DNA of 64,000 nt from Spirochaetota bacterium (GTDB taxonomy: Bacteria; Spirochaetota; UBA4802; UBA5550): the NCBI GenBank assembly GCA_963664815.2, contig CAXXHB010000003.1, positions 1,184,001 through 1,248,000 on the forward strand. Direction: 5' to 3'. This document shows positions 47,925 through 58,371 of this stretch, piece after piece. Numbering within the stretch: the stretch's first letter is position 1; each line of letters starts with the position of its first letter. The notes below the pieces were generated by a model that was not told where the DNA came from, ran no database searches, and saw nothing but the letters and a program-made list of their open reading frames with translations. The position numbers and the translations under genes are program-made.

Positions 47925-48839
47925 ATGACAGGAATTATTATAAAAGTTTATGGAAGGTTTTATACGGTTTTATTTGATGGAGGAGAAATTAATTCGGTAC
48001 TCCGCGGAAAAATGAAAACCAGTCAGAGTAATTATTCCAACCCGGTAGCAGTGGGAGATGTAGTTGATTTTTCGATCAACAGAGAGGGTCTTGGGACTAT
48101 TGAACATGTAAAAGAGAGAAGTAATACATTTACTCGTAAGGATGGAGTGCGCTCGCGGGAGGATATAATTGCCTGTAATCTGGATCAGGTTGTTGCAGTT
48201 CAATCTTTCACAAATCCCCGGTTGAATCTCAGGTTTGTAGACAGAATTATCATTCGAAGTAAAAGAGGGAATATTCCTGTTCTTTTATGTGTAAATAAAT
48301 CTGATCTTATGGAAAAGGGTGAATCAGCCTATATTCGTTCATATTATAAAGGAGCTGATATTAATATTAAATTTGTAAGTGCACTGACCGGTAGAGGGAT
48401 GAGTGAATTTAAAAAAGAGATTACAGAAAAAAGATCTTTACTCATAGGCTATTCAGGAGTAGGAAAATCATCACTTTTTAACCGGATTTATCCGGGACTT
48501 GATTTGAAGATAAACGAAGTTTCAGAAAGTTCAGGCAAGGGTAAACATACTACAACAAACGTCAAAATGGTGAGAGCCGATGATGGCACTGAACTTATTG
48601 ATACACCCGGAGTCAGGGAATTCGGACTTGTTGATATAGAACCTGATGATCTTGGTAATTATTTTAATGATTTCAGGGAGGCAGCCTTAAGCTGTCGGTT
48701 CAGACCATGCACTCATGATCATGAGCCAGGATGTGAAGTTAAAAGGCTGGTTGAAGATGGCATAATACATGGGGAGAGGTATATATCTTATCTGAATATT
48801 TTGTACTCTATACAGGAAAATATTAAAAATCAATATTAG
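47925..48839 (+). CDS. rsgA: Ribosome small-subunit-dependent GTPase A
   Basis: Circularly permuted G motifs NKSD, GYSGVGKSS, GKHTTT, DTPG; zinc finger C.F..C.H.HEPGC. Confidence 0.96.
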   Translation: MTGIIIKVYGRFYTVLFDGGEINSVLRGKMKTSQSNYSNPVAVGDVVDFSINREGLGTIEHVKERSNTFTRKDGVRSREDIIACNLDQVVAVQSFTNPRLNLRFVDRIIIRSKRGNIPVLLCVNKSDLMEKGESAYIRSYYKGADINIKFVSALTGRGMSEFKKEITEKRSLLIGYSGVGKSSLFNRIYPGLDLKINEVSESSGKGKHTTTNVKMVRADDGTELIDTPGVREFGLVDIEPDDLGNYFNDFREAALSCRFRPCTHDHEPGCEVKRLVEDGIIHGERYISYLNILYSIQENIKNQY

Positions 48840-48873
48840 GTATATTTCCAGACTGCGTATGTAGCACTCAAAC

Positions 48874-48894
48874 AGCCGTGATGTGGCTTTTTTT
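48874..48894 (+). terminator. Weak intrinsic terminator after rsgA
   Basis: AGCC(G)...(T)GGCT followed by a T run. Confidence 0.45.
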
Positions 48895-48992
48895 AAAGGA
48901 GTGATTCACTGTACACTTTAAAATTAAAAATGAGACAAGTCTGCTGAAAGCAGTCTGGCTCTGGAATTTTACTGAATTAACATGGAATTGAA

Positions 48993-49751
48993 ATGATCAG
49001 CGTGAAAAACCTTACAGTATCTTTTCTTAACAGGATTATATTAGATGATCTTTCATTTGAGGTCAATAAGGGGGAGACTCTCGTAATTCTGGGAAAGAAC
49101 GGTGCAGGCAAATCTGTAATACTCAAATCGATAGCCGGGCTTATAGATAAATACAAAGGTGATATTCAGATTGACGGGAAAGAGATCAGAGAACTCTATA
49201 AAATGGGGGTTAAAGCTAAAAATGATGGAGTTTCTTATTGTGTAATGTCATATGTTTTTCAAAAGGGGGGATTGTTTGATTCAATCAATGTATTTGACAA
49301 TACAGCTTTCGGATTGAGAAGAATGGGAATACATGAAGATGAAATCTCTGAAAGAGTAAAAGGCGCAATTAAACGTGTGGGACTTAATGGTGCAGAAAGT
49401 AAGCTTCCTTCTGAACTTTCCGGTGGCATGCAGAAAAGAGTTGGAATTGCCCGGGCTATATGCATGAGACCGGAGGTAATTCTTTATGATGACCCAACAG
49501 CTGGTCTTGATCCTATTCTTTCCGATTCAATTGCCGATTTAATGCTTGAGATAAAGATCTCTTTAAATAGCGCTTCGATCATCGTCACAAATGATTTAAA
49601 GGTTGCAAAAAAGACCGCAGACAGAATTGCATTATTATATTCAGGAAGATTTGTCTGTTACATGGAATGTGAAGAATTTTTTAAAGAGATTGATCAATAT
49701 TCCAGGCAATTCATACATGGTGATATTGAAGGTCCTATAGATATTTTATGA
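48993..49751 (+). CDS. MlaF/Ttg2A-like ABC ATPase with degenerate catalytic motifs
   Basis: GKNGAGKS, FQKGGLFDS, PSELSGGMQKRVGIARA; Walker B LYDD, H-loop VTND. Confidence 0.85.
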   Translation: MISVKNLTVSFLNRIILDDLSFEVNKGETLVILGKNGAGKSVILKSIAGLIDKYKGDIQIDGKEIRELYKMGVKAKNDGVSYCVMSYVFQKGGLFDSINVFDNTAFGLRRMGIHEDEISERVKGAIKRVGLNGAESKLPSELSGGMQKRVGIARAICMRPEVILYDDPTAGLDPILSDSIADLMLEIKISLNSASIIVTNDLKVAKKTADRIALLYSGRFVCYMECEEFFKEIDQYSRQFIHGDIEGPIDIL

Positions 49752-49760
49752 GGTATAGTA

Positions 49761-50744
49761 ATGAATTTTAAAAAATCAGTTTATGATGTCACGGGTATTG
49801 GATCGGCACTTCTTGATTTTACTGTTGATGTTGATGATATTTTCCTTAGTTCATTAGGATTAAGGAAAGGAGAAATGCATCTTATTGATGCAGAACGAAG
49901 CAGAGAGATATTCTCTCTATTAAAAAACAGGAATACTCATATTGCACCCGGGGGTAGCTGCGCCAATACCATTGCCGGGATAGCCAGGATGGGGGGAAGA
50001 GGTTCTTTTCTCGGAAGGGTAGCTAGCGATGATTATGGTAAAACATATATAGATAAAACGGTTGAAGCTGGTGTTACTTCTTTTATAAGTAAAGGTAAAG
50101 GGATGACTGGTCATGCAATAACGTTAATAACACCGGATTCAGAAAGAACATTTGCAACTCATCTTGGTGCTGCAATTGACCTTTCAGCGGATGAAATAGA
50201 TTATTCTGTTATTGAAAACAGTTCAATTCTGCATATTGAGGGTTATTTATTTGAACCGGAAAATCTGAGAGAAGTTTGTTATAACTCTATGGATACAGCC
50301 AGAAAAAAAGGTGTACAGATTTCTATAGATCTTGCTGATTCCGCTCTGATAGAGAGGATAAGGGATGTTTTTAATGATGTTGTTAAGAACTATGCCGGAA
50401 TTATTTTTGCAAACGAAGAGGAGATCTTTGCTTTTACAGGTAAAAGAGATAAAGATGCACTTGATATATTATCAGATAATTGTCCAGTCTCTATAATGAA
50501 ACTCGGTTCAAAAGGGAGTATGATTAAGTCGGATAATATAATAACAAAAATTGATGCAATAAAAACGAATGTTGTTAATACCAATGGTGCGGGAGATATG
50601 TATGCCGCAGGATTTCTCTATGGGCTTACATCCGGATGTAGTATCGAAAATTCAGGGAAGATTGCAAGTTATTCGGCATCGCTTGTTGTCGCTTCTGCAG
50701 GAGCGAGAGTTGAAAGTAAAATTGATCTGAAGGGGATTATTTAA
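49761..50744 (+). CDS. PfkB-family sugar/adenosine kinase
   Basis: GSALLD, GGSCANT, ERTFAT.LGA, FANEEE, NTNGAGDMYAAGFL. Confidence 0.92.
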   Translation: MNFKKSVYDVTGIGSALLDFTVDVDDIFLSSLGLRKGEMHLIDAERSREIFSLLKNRNTHIAPGGSCANTIAGIARMGGRGSFLGRVASDDYGKTYIDKTVEAGVTSFISKGKGMTGHAITLITPDSERTFATHLGAAIDLSADEIDYSVIENSSILHIEGYLFEPENLREVCYNSMDTARKKGVQISIDLADSALIERIRDVFNDVVKNYAGIIFANEEEIFAFTGKRDKDALDILSDNCPVSIMKLGSKGSMIKSDNIITKIDAIKTNVVNTNGAGDMYAAGFLYGLTSGCSIENSGKIASYSASLVVASAGARVESKIDLKGII

Positions 50745-51726
50745 AGAACTCTTTCATATCTGTGACAGCTTTTTCATATGCTTCTTCAAAAGATAGTTTT
50801 GTTTTATAACCGGCTGCATTTTTATGACCGCCCCCTCCGTTTTTTATTGCCAGGGATGCAACATCAAGGTTTCCTTTAGTTCTCATGCTTATCTTTACAG
50901 GGCCGTCTATGTCCTGTTTTACCAGAAGACTTGCAATGACGCCTTTAACCGTAAATGGCGCGTTGATTGTTGATTCACCCTCTGAGAAAGAGCCATTTGT
51001 TTCAATAACCATCTGTGGTGTAAGCTTCATGGAAATCATTTTACCATTTTCCATAATTTCCATAGAAGATAAAATTCTACCCCTGAGCTGGAAGCTTGAA
51101 AGTGAATTACTTTCATAAAGGTTTTCATAAACCTTAAAGGGATCGACTCCAAGGCTGACAAGATGGGAAGCTATTTTAAATGTTTCTGATGTTGTTTTTG
51201 GAAACCTGAATGAACCTGTGTCAAATACGATACCGGTGAACAATGCCTGAGCAGTTTTAAAATTCAGTTCTTTGTTGTAATGCCTGATTATTGAGTAAAT
51301 TATCTCTGATGCTGAAGCTGAATCAACTTTGATAAAATTTATATCTATTTTACCCTGATCACTATCCTTGTGATGATCTATAATAAAATATTCTTTAACA
51401 CGCGGGCTTAAAATTTTATATGCTGAACCGATATTACTGTAATCATTTGTATCAAGAACAAACTGAGCATATTCATGGATATCAGCCGGAAGGTTTGACT
51501 CATTGTCAATAACAGTTAATTCATTGTCTATATCAAGAAATTGGCAGATTTCCGGTACAGGATCAGAGTTGAGGATTATTGCTGTTTTACCCATTTGCTT
51601 CAGGAAATCGAGAAAAGCAATTTCGCATCCAAGACCGTCTGCATCCGGGCTTTCATGTGTTGAAACAATGAATTTTTCATTTCTATTTAAAAATTCATCA
51701 AGCATTTTGACGGACTGACTCATCAA
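50737..51726 (-). CDS. nrnA: DHH/DHHA1 oligoribonuclease / pAp phosphatase NrnA
   Basis: [26 protein letters not shown]. Confidence 0.9.
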   Translation of the reverse strand: MMSQSVKMLDEFLNRNEKFIVSTHESPDADGLGCEIAFLDFLKQMGKTAIILNSDPVPEICQFLDIDNELTVIDNESNLPADIHEYAQFVLDTNDYSNIGSAYKILSPRVKEYFIIDHHKDSDQGKIDINFIKVDSASASEIIYSIIRHYNKELNFKTAQALFTGIVFDTGSFRFPKTTSETFKIASHLVSLGVDPFKVYENLYESNSLSSFQLRGRILSSMEIMENGKMISMKLTPQMVIETNGSFSEGESTINAPFTVKGVIASLLVKQDIDGPVKISMRTKGNLDVASLAIKNGGGGHKNAAGYKTKLSFEEAYEKAVTDMKEFFK

Positions 51727-52619
51727 ACACCCCGTGTTATTTTAGTCTTTAATAATGGATAACCCATCTCTTCTCTTATTTCAACATATCTTTCAGCGCA
51801 TTTTCTAGCGATGTTCCTGACACGTGTGATGTATCCCACACGCTCTGTAACTGAGATAGCGCCTCTGGCATCTAACATATTAAAAGCATGTGAACATTTC
51901 AACACAAAATCGTATGCCGGGAGCACAATTCTACTGTCGGGGTAATCAAGTATTGACAGACATTCTTTTTCATACATATCAAACAGTTTAATATACATAT
52001 CTGTATCTGCAACATTAAAGTTGTAATGTGAAAATTCAAATTCACTTCGGTGGTGAATGTCTCTGTATGAAAATTTTTCATTCCATTCAATGTCGAAAAC
52101 ACTGTCAACTTCCTGGATATATGTACATATTCTCTCAAGTCCATATGTAAGTTCTGCCGAAACAGGATCAAGATCAATGCTTCCGCATTGCTGGAAATAG
52201 GTAAACTGGGTTACTTCCATCCCGTCCAGCCAAACTTCCCATCCCAATCCTGACGCGCCAAGGGTAGGTGATTCCCAGTCATCTTCTACAAAACGTACAT
52301 CATGATCTTTCAGGTTGATACCGAGATATTCTAGTGATTGAAGATATAAATCCTGTATATTAGAAGGTGATGGTTTCATTATAACCTGATACTGGTAATA
52401 ATGCTGAAGCCTGTTTGGATTATCGCCATATCTTCCATCTGTAGGTCTTCTGGATGGCTCAACGTAGGCAACATTCCATGGTTCAGGACCGAGAACTTTT
52501 AAAAATGTTACAGGATTAAATGTTCCAGCTCCTACTTCAAGATCATATCCCTGAAGAATTACACATCCCTGATTTGACCAGTATTCATTTAATTTCGCAA
52601 TTATATTCTGAAAAAACAT
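51723..52619 (-). CDS. glyQ: Glycyl-tRNA synthetase alpha subunit
   Basis: [44 protein letters not shown]. Confidence 0.98.
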   Translation of the reverse strand: MFFQNIIAKLNEYWSNQGCVILQGYDLEVGAGTFNPVTFLKVLGPEPWNVAYVEPSRRPTDGRYGDNPNRLQHYYQYQVIMKPSPSNIQDLYLQSLEYLGINLKDHDVRFVEDDWESPTLGASGLGWEVWLDGMEVTQFTYFQQCGSIDLDPVSAELTYGLERICTYIQEVDSVFDIEWNEKFSYRDIHHRSEFEFSHYNFNVADTDMYIKLFDMYEKECLSILDYPDSRIVLPAYDFVLKCSHAFNMLDARGAISVTERVGYITRVRNIARKCAERYVEIREEMGYPLLKTKITRGV

Positions 52620-52765
52620 TTTATATCCTCAATCTCTATAAGATCTAAAAGCTGCCCCATAGTTAATAAATACCTTCATAAACTGCGAAAAATCAATATT
52701 TAATAATCATATACAACTTATAAGTTTTAAATTTATTCGGACAGGTCTGTTTTAAGTCAAGTAAA

Positions 52766-54274
52766 TTAAAGGTTCTTTTTAGTGCTATAAATTTCTTTGA
52801 GAGACAAATGATATTCCTCGAATTTCTTTTTATTATTCAGCTTAAAATAATCAAGTACTTCGTCATCGGCAATCTCAAACCTGGATTTATTATTTTCAAT
52901 TTCAACCATAATATCTGCCAGATAAACTGTGTATACGGGGTTTTTATATTCACTTCCCGCTCTGTTTGGTCTATGGTGAAGCTCTATTGTCTTTGTGAGA
53001 GATTCGTTAAAATTCCATTTTTTACATATCAGCGCGCCCAGGGAACTATGACTTATCCCAAGGCTGATTTCTTCAATAAGTGTTGAATCGAGCATCCCTT
53101 TAAAGCCGTTTATTTTTTTTATTTTTTCAATAGTATCATTTTGCAGAGAGAGCATTACAATTTTACCTATATCTGCAAGAAGAGCGGAGAGATAGACCTG
53201 ATCTCCAAGTTTTGAATTTTCATTTATTCTTTTAGTAATTAATTGTGCGTAAAAAGCCCTTTTGTATGAGTCATTCCAGATTGCTTCATATCTTTTATAT
53301 CTTGTTTCAACTATTTTCTGTACTCCGGTTGCAACCAGCAGAGTATTAATTCCTTTCATCCCTATTATTTTAACAGCTTCATCGATGGTTTCAAGTTTAT
53401 TAATAGTAACATAACCTGCGGAATTTGCAAGTTTCATTATTGATGCAGTAAGCCCCGGATCACGGGAAATTGATTTTCCAATTTCTTTTATGTCGCTATC
53501 CGGATCCCTGATAAGCATCCTTATTTCTTTTATATTGTCCGGTAGAGCTGGGATATCATCTACCTCTTTAAGAATTTCTTCTGTTACTTTAATATGAATT
53601 TCCGGAGTAATTATTTTATGAGGTATGCTGAGATTTACCGATGTTAATGTGTCATTTCTGCTGATAGTAAATACATTTTGTGGAAACCCTGAATTTTTCA
53701 GCAGCATAAGGGCCATTATAAGTCCAAGTCCCGCCCCTTCGGAATCGTCAAGAACATCAATGAATGCCTCCGAGATATCCTGATACTTGTAGGCTTTTGA
53801 TACTCTTGATTTAATTTTATTCAGTTCGGATTCCAGAATTGGATTATTATTTATTACACTGATGGATAAATTATCATTGGTACTGCTGAAGCTAACCCTT
53901 ACCATATATTTTGATCCCTGAAGAGATTTTATCAGTTCACTTTCGTTGCTCTGAAAAACTTCATCTTTAAAGCTCTCCATCCCCTGCCGGTAGTTATTGA
54001 TGTCATTAATATTCAGTCCGGTTGATTCAAAATAGAGGCGTTTGAGATTTGCTTTAATTGCGTTATTTACCAGTTCTTTTATTATCGATATAATAGTGTC
54101 CTTGTGAAACAGAAGGTCATAATGCTCAAGAAATCTATGGATCATTTTAATTAACTGAGATTCAACATCCTGATTGAATCTTTGAAATTGAATAAAAAAA
54201 TCTTTTTCAGAACTCAGAGCATTCTGGTAATCTTCCGGTTTAAGAAAAAATTCTTTTGAAACAACTTGTGTCAA
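52766..54274 (-). CDS. HATPase-like plus HDOD domain protein
   Basis: KELVNNAIKAN and EGAGLGL (GHKL boxes); DPGLTASIMKLANSA, LLADIGK, H..LGA..C.KWNF (HDOD). Confidence 0.88.
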   Translation of the reverse strand: MTQVVSKEFFLKPEDYQNALSSEKDFFIQFQRFNQDVESQLIKMIHRFLEHYDLLFHKDTIISIIKELVNNAIKANLKRLYFESTGLNINDINNYRQGMESFKDEVFQSNESELIKSLQGSKYMVRVSFSSTNDNLSISVINNNPILESELNKIKSRVSKAYKYQDISEAFIDVLDDSEGAGLGLIMALMLLKNSGFPQNVFTISRNDTLTSVNLSIPHKIITPEIHIKVTEEILKEVDDIPALPDNIKEIRMLIRDPDSDIKEIGKSISRDPGLTASIMKLANSAGYVTINKLETIDEAVKIIGMKGINTLLVATGVQKIVETRYKRYEAIWNDSYKRAFYAQLITKRINENSKLGDQVYLSALLADIGKIVMLSLQNDTIEKIKKINGFKGMLDSTLIEEISLGISHSSLGALICKKWNFNESLTKTIELHHRPNRAGSEYKNPVYTVYLADIMVEIENNKSRFEIADDEVLDYFKLNNKKKFEEYHLSLKEIYSTKKNL

Positions 54275-54354
54275 GGTTTGACTCCATTCGTTAAATAATT
54301 ATCTGGTTAGCCAGCTCTGCATAAAATGCTTATTATTAATACAATAATACTTTA

Positions 54355-54381
54355 ATATCGGAGAAATTTGTAAAAACTCAG
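54355..54381 (-). promoter_or_regulatory. Possible sigma28 promoter of the HDOD gene
   Basis: Minus strand CTGAGTTT-N11-TCCGATAT: partial match with correct spacing. Confidence 0.4.
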
Positions 54382-54575
54382 TCATTTTTCTTTTTACAAA
54401 AAAGGTAGAGTAAAATCCCTGAATTCATTTATTATTAAAACAATAAATGTTGCTATTTTAATAATAATATATCAATTTTTTTTTATTCAACCATTTTTTA
54501 TTATACAAAAGATTTAGTTTTATATATCATAATAATTAGCATATCTGTAACTGGAATCTTTTAAAGAATTTGCTC

Positions 54576-54605
54576 TTGACAGTACGAAAATAGTCCCGAT
54601 AAAAT
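54576..54605 (+). promoter_or_regulatory. Sigma70 promoter of the CheY-like gene
   Basis: TTGACA-N18-TAAAAT. Confidence 0.6.
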
Positions 54606-54667
54606 GATCGGGTGATACATAGGCATTTTAAATTATATTGTCTAAGATTCAAATGGGGTATTAAAAA

Positions 54668-55114
54668 ATGACAGCGAAAGCAGATTTTCCAAATTTAAAC
54701 ACAAAAGAACCGGATGGTATAAAACCCAATGGATCATCCTATAAAATATTGGTAGTAGACAGCAGGGATTTTCATAAAAAACAGATCGCACAGATTTTTG
54801 AATCAGAGAGGTACCAGGTTGTTGATACTGCATCCAATGGAAAAGAGGCTCTTGAAAAAGTGGAAAAGCATAAGGGGAAAATTGATCTTATTACTACAGA
54901 GCTTGATATGCCTATTATTGACGGATACTCCATGCTATTTGAACTAAAAGAGAAAGGAGATATGCCTCTTGTAGTCTTTATCAGTGAAGATACAACCAAG
55001 GGTGTAATGCAGGATTTGATATCAATGGGTGCCAAGGATTTTATACTAAAACCGATCAATAGAAGGTTAATTCTTGAAAGAGTAAAAAATGTGTTGAACA
55101 AGTATTTATTATGA
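54668..55114 (+). CDS. CheY-like single-domain receiver with Asp-to-Glu at the phosphoacceptor
   Basis: Spirochaete CheY-type extension (KADFPNLN...KPNG..YKILVVD); DLITTELDMP; GAKDFILKP. Confidence 0.88.
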   Translation: MTAKADFPNLNTKEPDGIKPNGSSYKILVVDSRDFHKKQIAQIFESERYQVVDTASNGKEALEKVEKHKGKIDLITTELDMPIIDGYSMLFELKEKGDMPLVVFISEDTTKGVMQDLISMGAKDFILKPINRRLILERVKNVLNKYLL

Positions 55115-55164
55115 AAATATTAATATTCAATCTTGTGAGAATTTATTAAATAGAGGATTAGTTT

Positions 55165-56232
55165 ATGCCCAGCGACCTTGAGACAGCTGCAAATACTCTT
55201 TCCGAGCAGACAAAAAAACTTCAGATTGCTCTTTATTATACCTTTGGCGATGATGATAAAGCCAAGAAAATGGTTAATGGGACATATCTTGATCTTTATG
55301 TAATAAAGGGTAAATTCTCTTCATCCAGTTTATATGGCGCATTTATTGTGTTTTTAAATACTACCTATTTAAGAGTGGCCAGTTCATACGCTATGATATC
55401 AAAATCTTTTGATGTTTCAGATATTAAATCAAACCAGGACTGGCGTAATTTTGAAAAGCAGCTTGTTGAAATGTCAAAAAAAAGCGGCTATGATGAGTCA
55501 ATGACTTCCAAGATTAAGGATTCCATGAATAAGGCATTAACAATTCAGGAAATAACCAAATTTTCAAAACTTATAGAACAGGATGATGGGATTGCGGTAA
55601 ACCATTACTTTCAGAAGTTCATCTCCGATGTAATGGGATTCCAGAATGTTGAACTTTCTGTGGATTATGAAAAAATCAGTTCAATTTCCATGGAATTAAA
55701 TTCAATAACAAGTCAGAAAATGTCTTCTGCCCCTGAACCTGTGAAGGAAACTCCTTCCGAACAAAATATAATAGTAGAGAAACTGGAGGATCCGCTTGAG
55801 GGGAAAGAGGTAAAACTTGTTTTAAATGGGGCACTTATTTTATCTCCTATCAAGGGGAAGGAGATTGCCGAACTTGCAATCGGTGACAGAATAATGATTA
55901 GTATTATCGACAAGAGCCCCAAGGCAAATGATCTGCTTAAAGCATTTAACGCATTAAAGGAAGATGGTACCGCAAAACCGATTGCCGGCAGAATCGTTTC
56001 AATAAAACATACAACAGATTATAAGATTTTTGCCATTGTAGCGAAAGGGATATATTTGAAAATTGTTGAGGAAGAGGAATTTATCAAGGTCGCGATGGAT
56101 CCTGCCTATTATAATACGCAGAGTGGTACTGAGGAAGAAGATTCCAAAAAAAACAGAATAACGATGTTTATTCTTGCGGGGATTTTTTTTATACTTGTGG
56201 CAATCATTACTTTTTTTGTTTTTACGTTATAA
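55165..56232 (+). CDS. Hypothetical protein with C-terminal TM anchor
   Basis: 355 aa; SD GAGGA; hydrophobic last ~24 aa. Confidence 0.8.
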   Translation: MPSDLETAANTLSEQTKKLQIALYYTFGDDDKAKKMVNGTYLDLYVIKGKFSSSSLYGAFIVFLNTTYLRVASSYAMISKSFDVSDIKSNQDWRNFEKQLVEMSKKSGYDESMTSKIKDSMNKALTIQEITKFSKLIEQDDGIAVNHYFQKFISDVMGFQNVELSVDYEKISSISMELNSITSQKMSSAPEPVKETPSEQNIIVEKLEDPLEGKEVKLVLNGALILSPIKGKEIAELAIGDRIMISIIDKSPKANDLLKAFNALKEDGTAKPIAGRIVSIKHTTDYKIFAIVAKGIYLKIVEEEEFIKVAMDPAYYNTQSGTEEEDSKKNRITMFILAGIFFILVAIITFFVFTL

Positions 56233-56261
56233 TAACTTATGTAACAGTCAATTCGGAATTC

Positions 56262-57023
56262 TTAAACAGGACGAATCGGAATGCCCCGCAACTGTAGTTC
56301 TTTTTTAACTTCCTTAATACTTATTTCACGGAAGTGAAATATCGAAGCTGCAAGTACTGCATCAGCTTTTCCTTCGGTCAGACCACTGTAAAGATGTTCA
56401 ATTGTACCTGCTCCGCCAGATGCAATAACAGGAATTTTAACAGCTCCGGAAAGTGTTCTTGTAAGTTCAATGTCAAAACCATCTTTAGTCCCATCTTTGT
56501 CCATGCTTGTGAGAAGGATTTCCCCTGCACCGAGCTCCTGGGCTTTTATTGCCCATTCAACCGCGTCAAGTTCTGTTGGAGTTCTCCCGCCATGGAGAAA
56601 AACTGTCCATCCTCCACTGTTGTTTTTTTTCGCGTCTATTGCCACAAGAATACATTGAGAACCGAATTTTTCCGCAGATTCTGTAATAATGCGGGGATTT
56701 TCCACTGCTGCCGTATTGATTGATACTTTATCGGCTCCTTCGCTTAAAATCAATCTTACATCTTCCACACTGCGTATGCCGCCACCTACAGTAAACGGGA
56801 TATGAACAGTTTCAGCCACTTTTTTAACCATTTCCAGAATAATGTTTCTTCTGTCCGATGAAGCAGTAATATCCAGGAAACAGAGTTCATCAGCTCCCTC
56901 GCTGTCGTAGAACCTGCCATTTTCAACAGGATCACCGGCGTCTATCAGGTTAAGAAAGTTTACCCCTTTTACTACACGTCCGTCTTTTACATCGAGACAT
57001 GGAATTATTCTTTTAGCAAGCAT
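56262..57023 (-). CDS. hisF: Imidazole glycerol phosphate synthase cyclase subunit
   Basis: [45 protein letters not shown]. Confidence 0.98.
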   Translation of the reverse strand: MLAKRIIPCLDVKDGRVVKGVNFLNLIDAGDPVENGRFYDSEGADELCFLDITASSDRRNIILEMVKKVAETVHIPFTVGGGIRSVEDVRLILSEGADKVSINTAAVENPRIITESAEKFGSQCILVAIDAKKNNSGGWTVFLHGGRTPTELDAVEWAIKAQELGAGEILLTSMDKDGTKDGFDIELTRTLSGAVKIPVIASGGAGTIEHLYSGLTEGKADAVLAASIFHFREISIKEVKKELQLRGIPIRPV

Positions 57024-57258
57024 ATGTTTTACCTTTCTAAAAACCTGATTTTCATATAAAAAAATTTATCGCAATCTATGCGTGGTTGATATAAATGTTA
57101 ACAATAGAAAGTATTTATGTTATTTTATAACTGTTAATACTGATAAAAAAGATATTAATAACTGTCAAGATTTTGTTTGCAATTAAACAGGGTACTATTA
57201 ATTTATTCTTTTTAGGATTATCATTTGATATTATAAAGCAGTTTATAAGGGAAATGGG

Positions 57259-58356
57259 ATGTTCAGAAAAAACAGAGATAATTACAGGGATATATTCAGA
57301 GATTTTTCAGGAGAAGTGATTCCGGAAATTGACTTATATATTAAAAGCTTTTTTGAAAGAAAAACTGAAGAATCAGATCCAGGTTTTATGCAGGAGATTC
57401 TGGGGTATCTTTGCGATTATTGTCTTCGCGATGGCAAAAGAATACGTCCGCTGCTTCTGATTAATGCTTATTATGGCTACAGAAAGGGAATTAAAAAAAG
57501 ACAGGAGATTATAAAACTCGGCGCAGTAGTTGAACTTATGCATTCATTGCTTTTAATACAGGATGACATAATTGATAAATCTGAACTCAGAAGAGGTGAT
57601 AAATCTCTTCATATACTGCTTGGTGACAGATATTCCAGTTTAACATCAAATCCATTAATAGGGCAGGACATTGCTTCTGTTACTGCCGATATACTTTTTT
57701 CATGTTCGATTGAGGTAATAAGCAGTACTGATATCAGGCATGATGTTAAAGACAGGTTTCTCGATATCTTCGCCAGAACATATGAAAAAACTGCATGGGG
57801 TCAAATCCTCGACTCACTGAATTCTATGCCGAAAAAAATTGATCCTGAAAGTGATGCTCCGATGCGTATAAGTCTGATGAAGACCGCATATTACACAATG
57901 GTTTATCCTTTTATGATGGGATATGTTTTAAGCGGAGAAAAAAATAAAAGTGAAATGGAGAATATTGAGTCTTTTGCATTGCCGCTTGGAATTGCATTTC
58001 AGATAAGGGATGACCTCCTCGGTGTTTTTGGAATAGAAAAGGATACCGGTAAACCGAGTGATTCTGATATAACAGAGGGTAAGCTGACGCTGCTTGTGCA
58101 GAAAACTATTTTAAAACTGGGTGAGTCCGACAGAAATAAATTTACCGGAATTTTTCTTAATAATAAAAAATCACCGGATGATTTTGAATTCATAAGGAAA
58201 TGTATAAAAGAGAGCGGGGCGCTTGATGAGACAATTCAGCGGCACAGGGAATTGATCAATGATTCATATAGCCTGCTCGAAGAACTTGTGATGAAAAAAT
58301 ATAACAGGGATGTTATGCGCGGCGTTATAGAATCTGTGGAAGATATACCTTTATAA
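57259..58356 (+). CDS. Polyprenyl diphosphate synthase
   Basis: GKRIRP, first Asp-rich motif LIQDDIID..RRG, GQ.LD, KTA, second motif FQIRDD. Confidence 0.93.
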   Translation: MFRKNRDNYRDIFRDFSGEVIPEIDLYIKSFFERKTEESDPGFMQEILGYLCDYCLRDGKRIRPLLLINAYYGYRKGIKKRQEIIKLGAVVELMHSLLLIQDDIIDKSELRRGDKSLHILLGDRYSSLTSNPLIGQDIASVTADILFSCSIEVISSTDIRHDVKDRFLDIFARTYEKTAWGQILDSLNSMPKKIDPESDAPMRISLMKTAYYTMVYPFMMGYVLSGEKNKSEMENIESFALPLGIAFQIRDDLLGVFGIEKDTGKPSDSDITEGKLTLLVQKTILKLGESDRNKFTGIFLNNKKSPDDFEFIRKCIKESGALDETIQRHRELINDSYSLLEELVMKKYNRDVMRGVIESVEDIPL

Positions 58357-58371
58357 TTATCCCGCTTTTAT

